From: Candidatus Moraniibacteriota bacterium
Lineage (GTDB): Bacteria > Patescibacteriota > Minisyncoccia > Moranbacterales > GCA-2747515
Direction of reading: 5' to 3'
DNA: 64,000 bases
Assembly (NCBI GenBank): GCA_016699795.1
Contig: CP065011.1
Span: forward strand, 290,474-354,473
Position numbers and translations under genes: made by a program. Shown piece after piece: positions 48,907 to 58,918 of this stretch. How positions within the stretch are numbered: the stretch's first letter is position 1; the number at the start of each line of letters is the position of its first letter. The notes beneath the pieces were generated by a model. That model saw only the letters and a list, made by a program, of their open reading frames with translations. It had not been told where the DNA came from and ran no database searches.

Positions 48907-49917
48907 TTACGATTTATTATTTTCTTTTTCGCGTGCATCGATAACGTCTTTAACAAAAACTCGGAGTCCCATAACAAAAGGCACTGCCAAAATCATCCCT
49001 GATACGCCTGCAATACTTCCTCCTACGAAAAGAGCAAGAATAATAACCACGGGATTCAGTCCCAAAACTTTTCTCATAACCTGAGGCACGAGAATATGAT
49101 TTTCAATTTGTTGAATAACGCCAAAACTTATAGCCACAAGAAGGCCAACAAGAGGAGAAACAAAAAATGCCAAAACAATAGCGGGTATAGCTGCCAAAAC
49201 TGGCCCAAAATAAGGAATAATTTCAAGAGCTCCTCCCAAGATTGCCAGAACTAAAGCGTTCGGAACGCCAAAAACTAAAAGTACCGCATAATACAAAACA
49301 AACACAATAAACATGAGAATAAACTGCCCCAACATCCATCGTCCAATTTTTTCATAAATTACCTGCGATCGAGAAATAATATATCCCTGATACTTTTTTG
49401 GAAGTAATGATCGGAGGAATTGTTGAACACCATCTTCTCGAATCGAAAGATAAAAAGCCATCGATAATATAGCAAAAAAAGAAACAAAGGATCCAATAAC
49501 GCCAACCGTTTTAGAGAACACTTCCTGAGAAACGCCCGCTTGTCCGAAACCATTTTCAAAAGAGGAAAGTATAAAACGAGAAATATCTTCAAACAAAACT
49601 TCCGATCCTGTAAGCTCTTTTGCATAGATAGGAAGCTCTTCAGCCAAAGAACGAATCTCATTTATTACCATAGGAATAATAGACCAAAGAATTCCCGCTA
49701 CAATAATAAGTAAAGAAATAAAAACGACTATGACAGCAGCACTTCGATTTACAAAACGATTTTGTAATTTCCGAATGGCGGGCTCCATCGCCGCAGAAAT
49801 TATAAGTGCTACAAAAAATAACACGATAATGTCACGGATTACATAAAGGAACCACACACCCAAAACGATGCCTGTAGCCCACCAAAGAATGGACGGAGAA
49901 ATGGTTATTTTATTCAT
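48907..49917 (-). CDS. AI-2E family transporter (PerM/UPF0118)
   Basis: 8-TM profile with the conserved C-terminal GGSIAGVSGMILAVPF. Confidence 0.75.
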   Translation of the reverse strand: MNKITISPSILWWATGIVLGVWFLYVIRDIIVLFFVALIISAAMEPAIRKLQNRFVNRSAAVIVVFISLLIIVAGILWSIIPMVINEIRSLAEELPIYAKELTGSEVLFEDISRFILSSFENGFGQAGVSQEVFSKTVGVIGSFVSFFAILSMAFYLSIREDGVQQFLRSLLPKKYQGYIISRSQVIYEKIGRWMLGQFILMFIVFVLYYAVLLVFGVPNALVLAILGGALEIIPYFGPVLAAIPAIVLAFFVSPLVGLLVAISFGVIQQIENHILVPQVMRKVLGLNPVVIILALFVGGSIAGVSGMILAVPFVMGLRVFVKDVIDAREKENNKS

Positions 49918-50006
49918 AGTCCTTCCCTTAAAAATTCAAATATCAAAAACCAAACACGTTCACTCTTCAGTTCAAATTAATACATTCACCTTTCTCTTCT
50001 ATTTCT

Positions 50007-51410
50007 TTACAATTTGAGAAGTTCCTTTATTTTCGCTTCTTCAATGTCAGGACCTATTGCTGAAAAATTTAATCGATCAGATTTGAAAATTTCCCTAGCA
50101 ACAAGCTTAATATCCTCCATTTTTACTCGATCCACACGTTTTACTATTGTATCTGGAAGTGTTATTTCGCTACGAAGAATTTCCTGATCTGCCAAAAATG
50201 AAGCTATGTCGTCACTGGATTCAAGTCCCATGGCCAAACTTCCTTTGAGATGTTCTTTCGCTTTTTTGAGCTCTTTAGCATCCACACCATTTCGGGCTAT
50301 TTTCTTGTATTCAGAAAGAATAACTTGTAATGCTTTTTCGAGATTTTTGTGTTCTACTCCACAATACGTCGCAAGATATCCAGCGTCATCATATGCCTCG
50401 ACTCCAGTACTCACACGATACGCAAGTCCCCGACGTTCACGGACCTGAATAAATAATCGACTCGACATTCCTCCTCCCAAAATTCCCGAGAGAAGAGAAA
50501 GTGCATAACGGTCTTTATGAAAACGATCGAATGTTCGTACTCCTACCATGAAATGAGTTTGATCGGTTTTTTTGTTTTTGATAAAAAGTTTGGGACTCTC
50601 TTGCGCATCATGTATTGTTTCGAAATGACGTGAGAAATTATTTGGAATATGAGAAAAGTTTTTTTCTATATATGAAAATGTTTTCTCTTGGTCAAATCCC
50701 CCTGCAACACACACGACAATATTCTCTGCTCGATATTTTTCATCCAGATACGACATGAAATCACTTCTCTTGAGATTTTTTATATTTTCTTCAGGGCCCA
50801 CAATATCCCAACCAAGAGGATGATCTCCGTAAAGAAGATTTTCAAAAATCTCCTCTACTCGACGTCCCGGCATATCTTCATACATTCGCATTTCTTGAAT
50901 AATGGCGCCTCGCTCTTTATTGATTTCTTTCGCTTCAAATTTAGCATTCAAAAAGACATCACTCATAATATCTAAAGCGGTATGTACATTCTCACTACTT
51001 GTTTTTGCCCAATAACCTGTTCGATCCTTTCCAGTAAACGCATTATACAATCCACCAATAGAATCAAGTTCTGTTGCAATATCAAGTGTTGTGGGACGCT
51101 TTTGTGTTCCCTTAAAAAAAAGATGTTCGAGAAAATGAGATATTCCATTATTTTCTTTTGTCTCATAACGAGATCCTGTTCCCGTAAGAATAAGTACTGT
51201 TGCTGTGGGAGCTTCTTTTACAGGTGCCAAAATAACACGAAGTCCGTTTTTTAATATTCTTTTTTCGTAATGCATATATGTATGATTATTCCTTATACTG
51301 AAAGACAATTGTAAATCTTCTTCATCACTTTGTCCATATTCAAAATATCGTCGTTCGCCTTTGAATGCTACGGCCTTTAAAAAAAATAAAGGTATTTTCT
51401 TCTTTCTCAC
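50007..51410 (-). CDS. M16 (pitrilysin) family zinc peptidase (likely start ~51278, MHYEKRIL)
   Basis: Inverted zinc motif HFLEHLFFKGT...E, plus the M16 N and C domains. Confidence 0.75.
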   Translation of the reverse strand: MRKKKIPLFFLKAVAFKGERRYFEYGQSDEEDLQLSFSIRNNHTYMHYEKRILKNGLRVILAPVKEAPTATVLILTGTGSRYETKENNGISHFLEHLFFKGTQKRPTTLDIATELDSIGGLYNAFTGKDRTGYWAKTSSENVHTALDIMSDVFLNAKFEAKEINKERGAIIQEMRMYEDMPGRRVEEIFENLLYGDHPLGWDIVGPEENIKNLKRSDFMSYLDEKYRAENIVVCVAGGFDQEKTFSYIEKNFSHIPNNFSRHFETIHDAQESPKLFIKNKKTDQTHFMVGVRTFDRFHKDRYALSLLSGILGGGMSSRLFIQVRERRGLAYRVSTGVEAYDDAGYLATYCGVEHKNLEKALQVILSEYKKIARNGVDAKELKKAKEHLKGSLAMGLESSDDIASFLADQEILRSEITLPDTIVKRVDRVKMEDIKLVAREIFKSDRLNFSAIGPDIEEAKIKELLKL

Positions 51411-51602
51411 AGCGTGTACACAAAAAAATTCCGTCTCAGCTAGTATAAAGTTATACGATCCTTATTATTCCTTCTTATCTTGATGAACAGATATTACTTC
51501 TTCAATATATCGCAAAGTAATATCTACTTCGTGAAATGCTCCTAGCATTGCAGATTCTGAAAACATCTGATCTTTTCTTGCTTTTGCATACGCATTCCAT
51601 TT

Positions 51603-51947
51603 TTAACTTCTTTCTTCCCAAGCAAAATCATTCCATGTACGTTGAGGATTTTTCAAAAACCATTCTCGCGCCTTACTCATATACACCAACGCTTTGGTAT
51701 TAAGAACGCGTAGACTATTTTCTTTATCTCCCTCATACATACTTTCCGAAAGATCGGTCAATCTTTTTAATAAATATTGCCTTCCTTTTTCAATAGCATC
51801 GCTCCCAAAAGAAATTTCCCCTTCTTCATTTCTTTCATATTTTTTATTTTCCTCAGACATTTTATTTTCCAAAGAATCTTTTATTTCTTCTTTTCCTAAT
51901 TCTTCTTGATTGAGAGAGGGAGTTCCTGTGTTCATTTTTTCATTCAT
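51603..51947 (-). CDS. Hypothetical acidic protein
   Basis: 114-aa ORF. An in-frame TAA is followed by 45 more open codons (see rejected notes). Confidence 0.3.
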   Translation of the reverse strand: MNEKMNTGTPSLNQEELGKEEIKDSLENKMSEENKKYERNEEGEISFGSDAIEKGRQYLLKRLTDLSESMYEGDKENSLRVLNTKALVYMSKAREWFLKNPQRTWNDFAWEERS

Positions 51948-51993
51948 ATTTTTTCTTTAAAATTCGTCAAAAAATTCAATATTTACTTTTTCA

Positions 51994-53304
51994 TTATAAA
52001 CTTATTTTTTCAAGATCAATTTCTACTTCTGGTCGACTATGAGGATACTTCGTAAAACTTGTAACTCTTATTGTTGCGGGCCTTTCTTTAGAAGCTTTTT
52101 TTAGCATATCCTCTTGATCATTAGAAAGTGTTGTTACAATTTTTACAGAAGGAGTAATTTCTGATCCGTCCTCATGAAGGCCTGTAATGTCTTCAGGGAA
52201 TAAAGAAATATCACTATGTACGACATGAAAAACCCAACCTTTTTTCTCTTCATATTCATAATCATATTCATACCATCCTTGAATAGATTTTTTCCCTTCA
52301 AAACGAAGAGGTTTTATGGAACCATCCTCATTAAATGGCTCTTCTGTAACAAGCTTCCAGCCCTGTATTTTTTTAGAAACCAAAACACCACTCCCGTAAT
52401 AAAGCTTCTCATCTTCCGCTGTTCTCGCCTTTTCAGAAAGAATATGAAATGTTTCGCTATAGAGTCCAATCTTAGAATTTCCATACATCAAAAATTCCCC
52501 GTCCGTTGAATACCCTCCACCAAGAATTTGAAATTTTTCAGGCATTTGAAAAGAAATCTTCTCCACATGGATCATATCAGCAGAAAGAAAATAAATACCT
52601 TTTGCATCAGCTACATAATCTTCTGAAATAACTTTCAAAGTACTTGGGTCCAAACCATCTATTCTATTTCCCTTAAAATAAACATTTTTCTTGGTTTTAG
52701 CAAAGCCGTTCTGAACGAATTCAAAAGCATTCACATCGGCTCCTGCAAGCTGACATTCTTCATGATATATCGCCTTTCCTTCAACCTTATAGTATGCGTC
52801 TGAAACCATTTCTATTTGATCTGTGTAGCGATATTTTTCATAAAAAGAAAAAGTGAACTCTCCATTTTTAAGATCTCTATATCCGTACTGTCCATATCGT
52901 ATATTTTTATTTAAAGGTTCCTCCCCACATGTTTTTGGAATAAAAAGAGAAAGATTTCTATACCATCCATTTTTATCACGAACAACATTGATGTCCGTAT
53001 CTAAAAGTTCAAATGTTTTTGCATCCAGATAGTCCACGGCTTTTCCCAAGAAAAAAATGTTTTTTTCATCTTTTGCATACGTTTTATTGATAACTTCAAA
53101 TGTTTTGGGATCAGCGTTTTCTATAATAACTCCCGAGTAATATACATCCACATTATCTTTCGTATATATTTCATCAATACGAATACTTTCTCCCCGATAA
53201 AAATTCATATTCTCTGGAAGCAATCTTTCAAAAAAAAGAAAAGAAAAAACACCCAAAGAAAGAATGATAAGAAAAAGGATGCCGTACTTTAAAAAGTTTT
53301 TCAT
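51994..53304 (-). CDS. DKNYY-repeat family protein (N-terminal anchor)
   Basis: Repeated D(E)KN(I/V)(F/Y)F.G..(V/I)D.LD..TF..L motifs: DEKNIFFLGKAVDYLDAKTFELL, TKKNVYFKGNRIDGLDPSTLKVI, DAKGIYFLSADM. Confidence 0.5.
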   Translation of the reverse strand: MKNFLKYGILFLIILSLGVFSFLFFERLLPENMNFYRGESIRIDEIYTKDNVDVYYSGVIIENADPKTFEVINKTYAKDEKNIFFLGKAVDYLDAKTFELLDTDINVVRDKNGWYRNLSLFIPKTCGEEPLNKNIRYGQYGYRDLKNGEFTFSFYEKYRYTDQIEMVSDAYYKVEGKAIYHEECQLAGADVNAFEFVQNGFAKTKKNVYFKGNRIDGLDPSTLKVISEDYVADAKGIYFLSADMIHVEKISFQMPEKFQILGGGYSTDGEFLMYGNSKIGLYSETFHILSEKARTAEDEKLYYGSGVLVSKKIQGWKLVTEEPFNEDGSIKPLRFEGKKSIQGWYEYDYEYEEKKGWVFHVVHSDISLFPEDITGLHEDGSEITPSVKIVTTLSNDQEDMLKKASKERPATIRVTSFTKYPHSRPEVEIDLEKISL

Positions 53305-53327
53305 ATTTTATAATAATTATTGTTATA

Positions 53328-53939
53328 TTATTCAAAAATCAGCACCAATCTTTCCCATCCATAAAGTCCAGCAAAAGCCAAAAGACCATTAAAAACTACC
53401 TTCCCCAAAAACAAACTCAAAATAATTCTTTTAAAAGGATATCGAACGAATCCGGCAGGAGCCATAATAAGGTCATCAGGGAGTGGAAGGAAAGCTGCAT
53501 ACAGAAAGGTAAAAAAAGGAACAAAACTAGGATGCTTTTCTTTGAGTGAATATACGATTCGTGAAAAATAAACTCGAGCTCGAGAAGGAGTAAAAATTCT
53601 TCCGCTCCGAGCGATAAAATAGGTCGTCGTATCCCCAATGGCCGTCCCTAATGCAGCCACGATCGCCAAAGATAAAGGATTAAATCCAGCTGCCCCCAAA
53701 GAAATAGTTACAAGATAATAAGGAAACGGAATGAAAATAGAAGTTCCTCCAAGAAGAGCACTTAAAAACAAAGCTATATAGGCATGTTCTTCTCCTATAA
53801 GATCAGTAATATCTTCTGGTGAATAATTCCATACCAAAAAAGACATTGTGCCCAATAACAGAAAAAGGCTTAAAAAAATAAAAAAGTGTTTTGTTTTTTT
53901 TGACATTTGTTTTTTAAAAAAATCTTTGTTTGAACTCAT
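53328..53939 (-). CDS. DedA/TVP38-like membrane protein
   Basis: Polytopic, with re-entrant-loop-like LPLPDDLIMAPAG and GAAGFNPLSLAIVAALGTAIGDTTTY. Confidence 0.45.
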   Translation of the reverse strand: MSSNKDFFKKQMSKKTKHFFIFLSLFLLLGTMSFLVWNYSPEDITDLIGEEHAYIALFLSALLGGTSIFIPFPYYLVTISLGAAGFNPLSLAIVAALGTAIGDTTTYFIARSGRIFTPSRARVYFSRIVYSLKEKHPSFVPFFTFLYAAFLPLPDDLIMAPAGFVRYPFKRIILSLFLGKVVFNGLLAFAGLYGWERLVLIFE

Positions 53940-54140
53940 TCGAATAAAGATCTCTTCTTATTCTTTCTTCTCTTTTTCTACTATACCTGAAAACTTCTCT
54001 CAAGAGAAATTAAATAAGAAATTCTCTTGAAAAATAAAAATATTTTTTCTTTATTACTAGCGTTTATCCATGCAATATGCGGTCTACTGTATACTTTAAT
54101 TTAGAGCCCTTGTTTTGTTTTACGATTATTTTCCGACTTT

Positions 54141-54725
54141 TCATACTATTCCAAGTTCTTTCATTTTTTTGAGAGCTTTTGCTATATTTGAATTATCCTC
54201 AAGAACAGTATCTATATCCGTCCATATAAAATCGGAAACTTCATTTTGATCAAGCGAAACACTACCTTTTTCTGTGAAAAAAATAAACATGAGATCATGG
54301 TGATAATGTGCGTCTTCCTGTTTTTTCTCGTTTTCGGGAATAGGATGTGTATCAATAAGAATTGGTGATCCAGTTTTTTTGTGCCACGGGTGTGGCTTAA
54401 TATCATTCAATCCCGCTTCTTCGATCACTTCTCGCTTCGCTGAATTTTCGAGATCCCGGTCTTCATTTTCGATATGTCCTCCAGGCTGAAGATACCTTTG
54501 TAATTTTTTGTGAAAAAGAGCTAAGACCTTTCTCTCTGGAGAAATAACCAATCCACTTGCAGTAATGTGCCCTCGAAAATTCTTTCTGCTGAATATATCT
54601 TCGTCAGACTGCATCTGTTCTAAAAGAAGAGAGAATTTCTTTTTTTCTTCAGGAAATAATGAAAGGTAATTATCAAATAAAATTTTTGCATCTTCTTTTA
54701 CAATCATATTTCTTATCTTAAACAA
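54141..54725 (-). CDS. Nudix hydrolase
   Basis: Nudix box GGHIENEDRDLENSAKREVIEEAGL (REUxEExGU). Confidence 0.7.
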   Translation of the reverse strand: MFKIRNMIVKEDAKILFDNYLSLFPEEKKKFSLLLEQMQSDEDIFSRKNFRGHITASGLVISPERKVLALFHKKLQRYLQPGGHIENEDRDLENSAKREVIEEAGLNDIKPHPWHKKTGSPILIDTHPIPENEKKQEDAHYHHDLMFIFFTEKGSVSLDQNEVSDFIWTDIDTVLEDNSNIAKALKKMKELGIV

Positions 54726-55878
54726 TTACTCCGAGAAACTTTTTCAACCAAGCATCAGCGATTCTTGAACGAATACTTTCTGGTCCTTCTTGGATACCAT
54801 TAGGCAGATTCTCGCTTTGTAAATACGTGATAGTATCCAACATTTCTTTCTGTACAAGCAAAATAAAATCATCCACTACCGCACCATGAAGAAAATTAAC
54901 GGCATTTCCTTTATTAAGAAGATAGAAATAATGCCCGTTTTTTTCATAAAGTGAAATGTATTTTGCTATCTTTTTCTCAGTGTAATTCATTTCAATCCAC
55001 GAGATATCCATTTCATCATCCGAAGAAGTAACCGACGCCACAAAAGAACCGTTTTTCAACAGCTTGAACTCTTCACCTTTAAGAGCAAGTTTTCCTGTGG
55101 CACAGAAAACTATATCGGATTCTTCAATAATTTTTATCTTTTTTACAATCTTATTTCCTTTTGAATAAGCTAATACCATAATAACTGGATCAGTATCATA
55201 AATAGAGACGTCACAACCCTTATCATGTAAAGATGATAAGATTCCATTACCTATTTTTCCAAATCCGATAATGCCGACCTTTTTATTGTTTATAAGAATT
55301 CCTTGTTCTCTCAGGAGAGATTCAGTTGAAAATACAACAGCCTGTCCCACAAGATGATCTTCATTACTTTTAAGAGGACTTTGTGCCACAGAAACAACTG
55401 GACAATCAAGAGAAAGCTGGGATAAATATTTTTGATGTCCATTTTCTGTGTCTTCTATAATTCCGAGAAATCTTTTTCCTAGAATTTTCTTTATATCACT
55501 GGCTATTGTAGAAAAGTATCCGCCTATATCAAGAATAACTAATGAATTTTCAGAAGGGATTTTTTCAAGGACATTTCTAATAGCGTTTATAGATCTCAAA
55601 TCATCTTTTGTTATAGAAAGAATTTTCTCTCTTGGATAAAATTCTATTATACTTTCGTTGATCGAATTTCTTTTTGGGATAATTCCTTCTAATAAAAAAT
55701 ATTTCTCAAGTATTTTTGCAAATGGTATACCCGTATCTAGTATGTGCATTACAGCTATAACACTTATCCTTTTTGTGTCGCAAATTGATCTTAAATAATT
55801 ATCATCAAAAAAAATTTCTCTTTGAGCAATTTTTTTCTCAAGAATTATAGTATTTTCCATAAGTATTATTTTATACAA
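54718..55878 (-). CDS. S-adenosyl-L-homocysteine hydrolase-like protein, divergent (likely start 55860)
   Basis: Spacing and motifs parallel AdoHcyase. HILDTG (cf HMTIQTAVLIETL) comes first, then ILDIGGYF (cf DDGGD) and IIEDTENGHQKYL (cf EETTTGVHRLY). KSNEDHLVGQ (cf KSKFDNLYG) and the Rossmann VGIIGFGKIGNG...YDTDP follow. The block ends in VTSSDDEMDI where AdoHcyase has NIGHFDNEIDV. A 2-hydroxyacid-dehydrogenase-like Rossmann enzyme cannot be excluded. Confidence 0.45.
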   Translation of the reverse strand: MYKIILMENTIILEKKIAQREIFFDDNYLRSICDTKRISVIAVMHILDTGIPFAKILEKYFLLEGIIPKRNSINESIIEFYPREKILSITKDDLRSINAIRNVLEKIPSENSLVILDIGGYFSTIASDIKKILGKRFLGIIEDTENGHQKYLSQLSLDCPVVSVAQSPLKSNEDHLVGQAVVFSTESLLREQGILINNKKVGIIGFGKIGNGILSSLHDKGCDVSIYDTDPVIMVLAYSKGNKIVKKIKIIEESDIVFCATGKLALKGEEFKLLKNGSFVASVTSSDDEMDISWIEMNYTEKKIAKYISLYEKNGHYFYLLNKGNAVNFLHGAVVDDFILLVQKEMLDTITYLQSENLPNGIQEGPESIRSRIADAWLKKFLGVIV

Positions 55879-55939
55879 TAGAACTTCTTCGTATGCCCAT
55901 CACCAAATTTTATAGATATCCAAAATTAAAATATTTCTT

Positions 55940-56995
55940 TTAAATATTGTTCGTTATTTCTTCAACAACAATTTCTGGTTTTCTTATTTGCTTCTCCCCT
56001 ATTAACTGATAAATTCTTCTTTTAGAAATAAATAAATTATTTCTTTTTAGCTTAGGATCCCTTCCGAGAGTTACCAAATTAAACGAATAAAACTTATCTT
56101 TTTCTAAATAAAACTTTCCAAAAATATCATTTTCAGTTATTACATCTGAGATACACTCAATAAAACTCTTTTTTCTCTTTTGGATTATTTTGAAAGAACC
56201 ATGGATTTCAAATTGAGAAATATCTTCTTTTTCTGGATATAATCCTGTTTCTATTTCTAAGTCCATCATCCCATCAAAATCTTTATATTCTTTAACATCT
56301 AATACATCTTTTCTCATTCCATCTTTAGAATAAAATGACTTGGATTTTTTTTCTTCAAATAAATTTGTTTCATACATATTCATTCCACGTTCAAAAGGAT
56401 AAGCAAATTTTTCTAAATCATTTGATGAAATAATAAATTCAATCTTGCATTCAGCATTCAAGTTTGCAAATTTTTGAAATATCTCACTTTTACTTTTATC
56501 CTCTATTTCTTTCAAAAACATTCCTGTTAAATCTGTTGTTTTTGGATTATTATTTATTGTTTGTGATCGAATAGACGCATAGATCATATATACTCGTTTA
56601 CTTCCCGCACTTCTTTTTATTGTATTAAATTGTTCTTCTGTAAGACCAATCCAGCGATCATTTTCAGACGTATTTTTAATTTCTACAAATAAATTTGGGT
56701 TTCTTAGATCTCCATTTTCCTTAATATGTAAAATATCAGGCTCGTCCATTACTTGCGTATTACTTTTAATATCAAAGTCGAGAATATAAAGCTTGTTTTC
56801 ATTAAATTCAGTAAAAATCTTCTCTATGCCAATTTCAGTGAGTTTTCCTAATGTAAAAGCATCTAGTATAGCTCCTAATCCCCTTGGCTCACCAGTTGTT
56901 CTTCCTGTGGTATTTTTTAAAGGGTCGATATAATAATTTGTTCCAAATTCAAAAACTCTTTTAAAATCTTCTAATATAAGTTTATAATATTTCAT
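55940..56995 (-). CDS. Putative type II restriction endonuclease (PD-(D/E)xK candidate)
   Basis: Lies 15 nt downstream of a C5-MTase on the same strand. Candidate catalytic core ILDFD...(33 aa)...FVEIK. No other family resemblance. Confidence 0.4.
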   Translation of the reverse strand: MKYYKLILEDFKRVFEFGTNYYIDPLKNTTGRTTGEPRGLGAILDAFTLGKLTEIGIEKIFTEFNENKLYILDFDIKSNTQVMDEPDILHIKENGDLRNPNLFVEIKNTSENDRWIGLTEEQFNTIKRSAGSKRVYMIYASIRSQTINNNPKTTDLTGMFLKEIEDKSKSEIFQKFANLNAECKIEFIISSNDLEKFAYPFERGMNMYETNLFEEKKSKSFYSKDGMRKDVLDVKEYKDFDGMMDLEIETGLYPEKEDISQFEIHGSFKIIQKRKKSFIECISDVITENDIFGKFYLEKDKFYSFNLVTLGRDPKLKRNNLFISKRRIYQLIGEKQIRKPEIVVEEITNNI

Positions 56996-57010
56996 AATAT
57001 TTATTAAAAA

Positions 57011-57961
57011 TTACTCTAAAGCTTTTTTTATATTTTTAGCAATTCTCCTAACAACTGGTATTACCACAGAATTACCAAACTGTTTATAAAGAGCTGAATC
57101 TGCAATTTTTGGAAGTTTATAATTTTTTGGAAATCCCTGAAAGTTTGCACATTCTCTAGGTGTGAGCTTTCTTATTCCCTGATCAGTAAATATAATTGGC
57201 ACATTATGACCACCCATCCCCATATTTGCTGTTAATGTTGGGCAAACTTTACTTTTATTTTCTCTCACATACTGCCTTCTCCATTGATAAATAGTATCTT
57301 TTTTTGTGACATCTTTTTTTATCCTTTCAAATAATGGCTTGTCATTATAAAAATATTTTTTATCTACTACTATCTCTAAACAATCATTAATCGTTTTTGT
57401 TAAAGTGATTTTTTTAGGAAATTTAAATTTCTCGAAAGACTTTTCTTCAAGAAATCCAACGATATAAATTCTTTCTCTATTTTGAGGAATGTTCCCATAT
57501 TGCATTGCATTTAAAACTTTATCAGTTACTTTGTACCCCAATTTTTCTAATTCCTGATATATTACTTTTATTGTATTACCTTTGTCATGAGATTTTAAAT
57601 TTTTTACATTTTCAAGTAAGAAGGCTTTTGGCTTTTTATCTTTTAAAATACGAATAATATCAAAAAAAACATTCCCTCTTCCCTTTTCATCTTTAAACCC
57701 TTGTCTATATCCCGCAATAGAAAATGGCTGACAAGGAAATCCTCCTGTTAGGATATCAAAATCTGGAATATTTTTTGTAGAAATTTGAGAAATATCTCTT
57801 AAAACCATTTGCTTATCTATTTCAAATAATCCTGAAAAATTTAAATCAAAGGTTATTCTACAGTTATTATCAAAATCATTTGAAAAAACACAATCAAAAC
57901 CAGCGTCTTCGAATGCTATTTTTATTCCACCAATTCCTGCAAATAAATCTATAAATTTCAT
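57011..57961 (-). CDS. DNA (cytosine-5)-methyltransferase
   Basis: Motif I FAGIGG, motif IV GFPCQPFSIAG, motif VI LLENV and motif VIII QNRERIYIVG. Confidence 0.85.
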   Translation of the reverse strand: MKFIDLFAGIGGIKIAFEDAGFDCVFSNDFDNNCRITFDLNFSGLFEIDKQMVLRDISQISTKNIPDFDILTGGFPCQPFSIAGYRQGFKDEKGRGNVFFDIIRILKDKKPKAFLLENVKNLKSHDKGNTIKVIYQELEKLGYKVTDKVLNAMQYGNIPQNRERIYIVGFLEEKSFEKFKFPKKITLTKTINDCLEIVVDKKYFYNDKPLFERIKKDVTKKDTIYQWRRQYVRENKSKVCPTLTANMGMGGHNVPIIFTDQGIRKLTPRECANFQGFPKNYKLPKIADSALYKQFGNSVVIPVVRRIAKNIKKALE

Positions 57962-57998
57962 CTGTGTAAGAATATTTATTTACATTCTAACTCTACTT

Positions 57999-58814
57999 TT
58001 ATAAATCAATCAAATAAAATTGAGGATTTTCTTCGGATACATCAATAACAATATTTCTATGAGCAAAATCCCTCATATCGAAAGCATTCCCTTCAGAAGA
58101 ATGTTCTAACGCTCCTTGTATTTTTTTAAATTGTTCATCTACAAAACTTTCTATTTGACTAGCATCTGAAATTATCCCTTTTTCTATTAATATTTCGACA
58201 GTACGATTTACCGTATTATCAAAGCTTCCATCTTTTTGATATTGCTTTAATTTACCCAAGTCAACGCCATCTCCCACAAAAGGCATAAGTACATAACTAC
58301 AAATATCCGCTTTTCGAGTAAAAGCTCCGGCACCGACAGCAACATCGGTTTGCTGATTATCAAATGAAATTTTTTGTTTTCGCCTACCCCATTCATCTTC
58401 TGGAAGATAAGGAGGCTCGATCAATGCTACATAATCGATAAAGCGTATATTTTCTGGAAAAGAAGAGTCATTCTGTGTGTACTTTTTCCATTTTTCATGT
58501 TCCTTCATAAGTTCTTTTCCATCACTTTTTTGTTCTTTGAGAATATACGATCCACTTTTTAAAACATAGACCGAGCCATCACTTCCCGTGTGTAATTTTT
58601 CCGGTTTTTCTTGCATAAAACTATGACCATCTTCAAATATAGTTTGGATTTCTTCGGAATCAAGTTTTTTTGCGTCTGAAGTTATATATAAAGTTCCTTT
58701 CTCAAACGTAAATTTTTTCCACACCCAATCATTCTCCCGTTCCTGTTCTTGTATTTTTTCTTGTGTTTGTTTTTGTGCTTGTTCAAGATCATTCATTTTT
58801 TCGGAAGAAAGCAT
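57999..58814 (-). CDS. Hypothetical protein with weak kinase-like catalytic-loop resemblance
   Basis: The C-terminal segment FAHRNIVIDVSEENPQFYLIDL resembles atypical-kinase (RIO/Kdo-like) HxDLxxxNILI...IDF elements, with a Gly-rich VAVGAGAF upstream. The stop lies 37 nt before the MTase start. Speculative. Confidence 0.3.
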   Translation of the reverse strand: MLSSEKMNDLEQAQKQTQEKIQEQERENDWVWKKFTFEKGTLYITSDAKKLDSEEIQTIFEDGHSFMQEKPEKLHTGSDGSVYVLKSGSYILKEQKSDGKELMKEHEKWKKYTQNDSSFPENIRFIDYVALIEPPYLPEDEWGRRKQKISFDNQQTDVAVGAGAFTRKADICSYVLMPFVGDGVDLGKLKQYQKDGSFDNTVNRTVEILIEKGIISDASQIESFVDEQFKKIQGALEHSSEGNAFDMRDFAHRNIVIDVSEENPQFYLIDL

Positions 58815-58879
58815 ATTTTTTATTTAATGCTACGATATCAAGTAGCTGTTTATAATTATATCTTTATCTCTAACATTCT

Positions 58880-58918
58880 TATATAGTATACAGTATATAA
58901 TATACTGTATACTATATA
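58880..58918. repeat. 39-bp perfect palindrome (19-nt arms around a single central base)
   Basis: tatatagtatacagtatat a atatactgtatactatata. I checked this base by base. It lies in the divergent intergenic region upstream of the kinase-like/MTase cluster. Confidence 0.85.

Noticed and set aside
51468-51605. An in-frame TAA after the 114-aa ORF, followed by 45 further open codons (KWNAYAKARKDQMFSESAMLGAFHEVDITLRYIEEVISVHQDKKE), suggesting stop-codon readthrough.
   Set aside because: A single instance with no supporting context. It is more simply a separate tiny ORF or random open frame in AT-rich DNA.
54000-54045. A hairpin tctcaagagaaatt...aattctcttga downstream of the Nudix gene, considered as a regulatory palindrome.
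   Set aside because: It is most simply an intrinsic terminator for the minus-strand operon (a stem of about 11 bp with flanking T/A runs).
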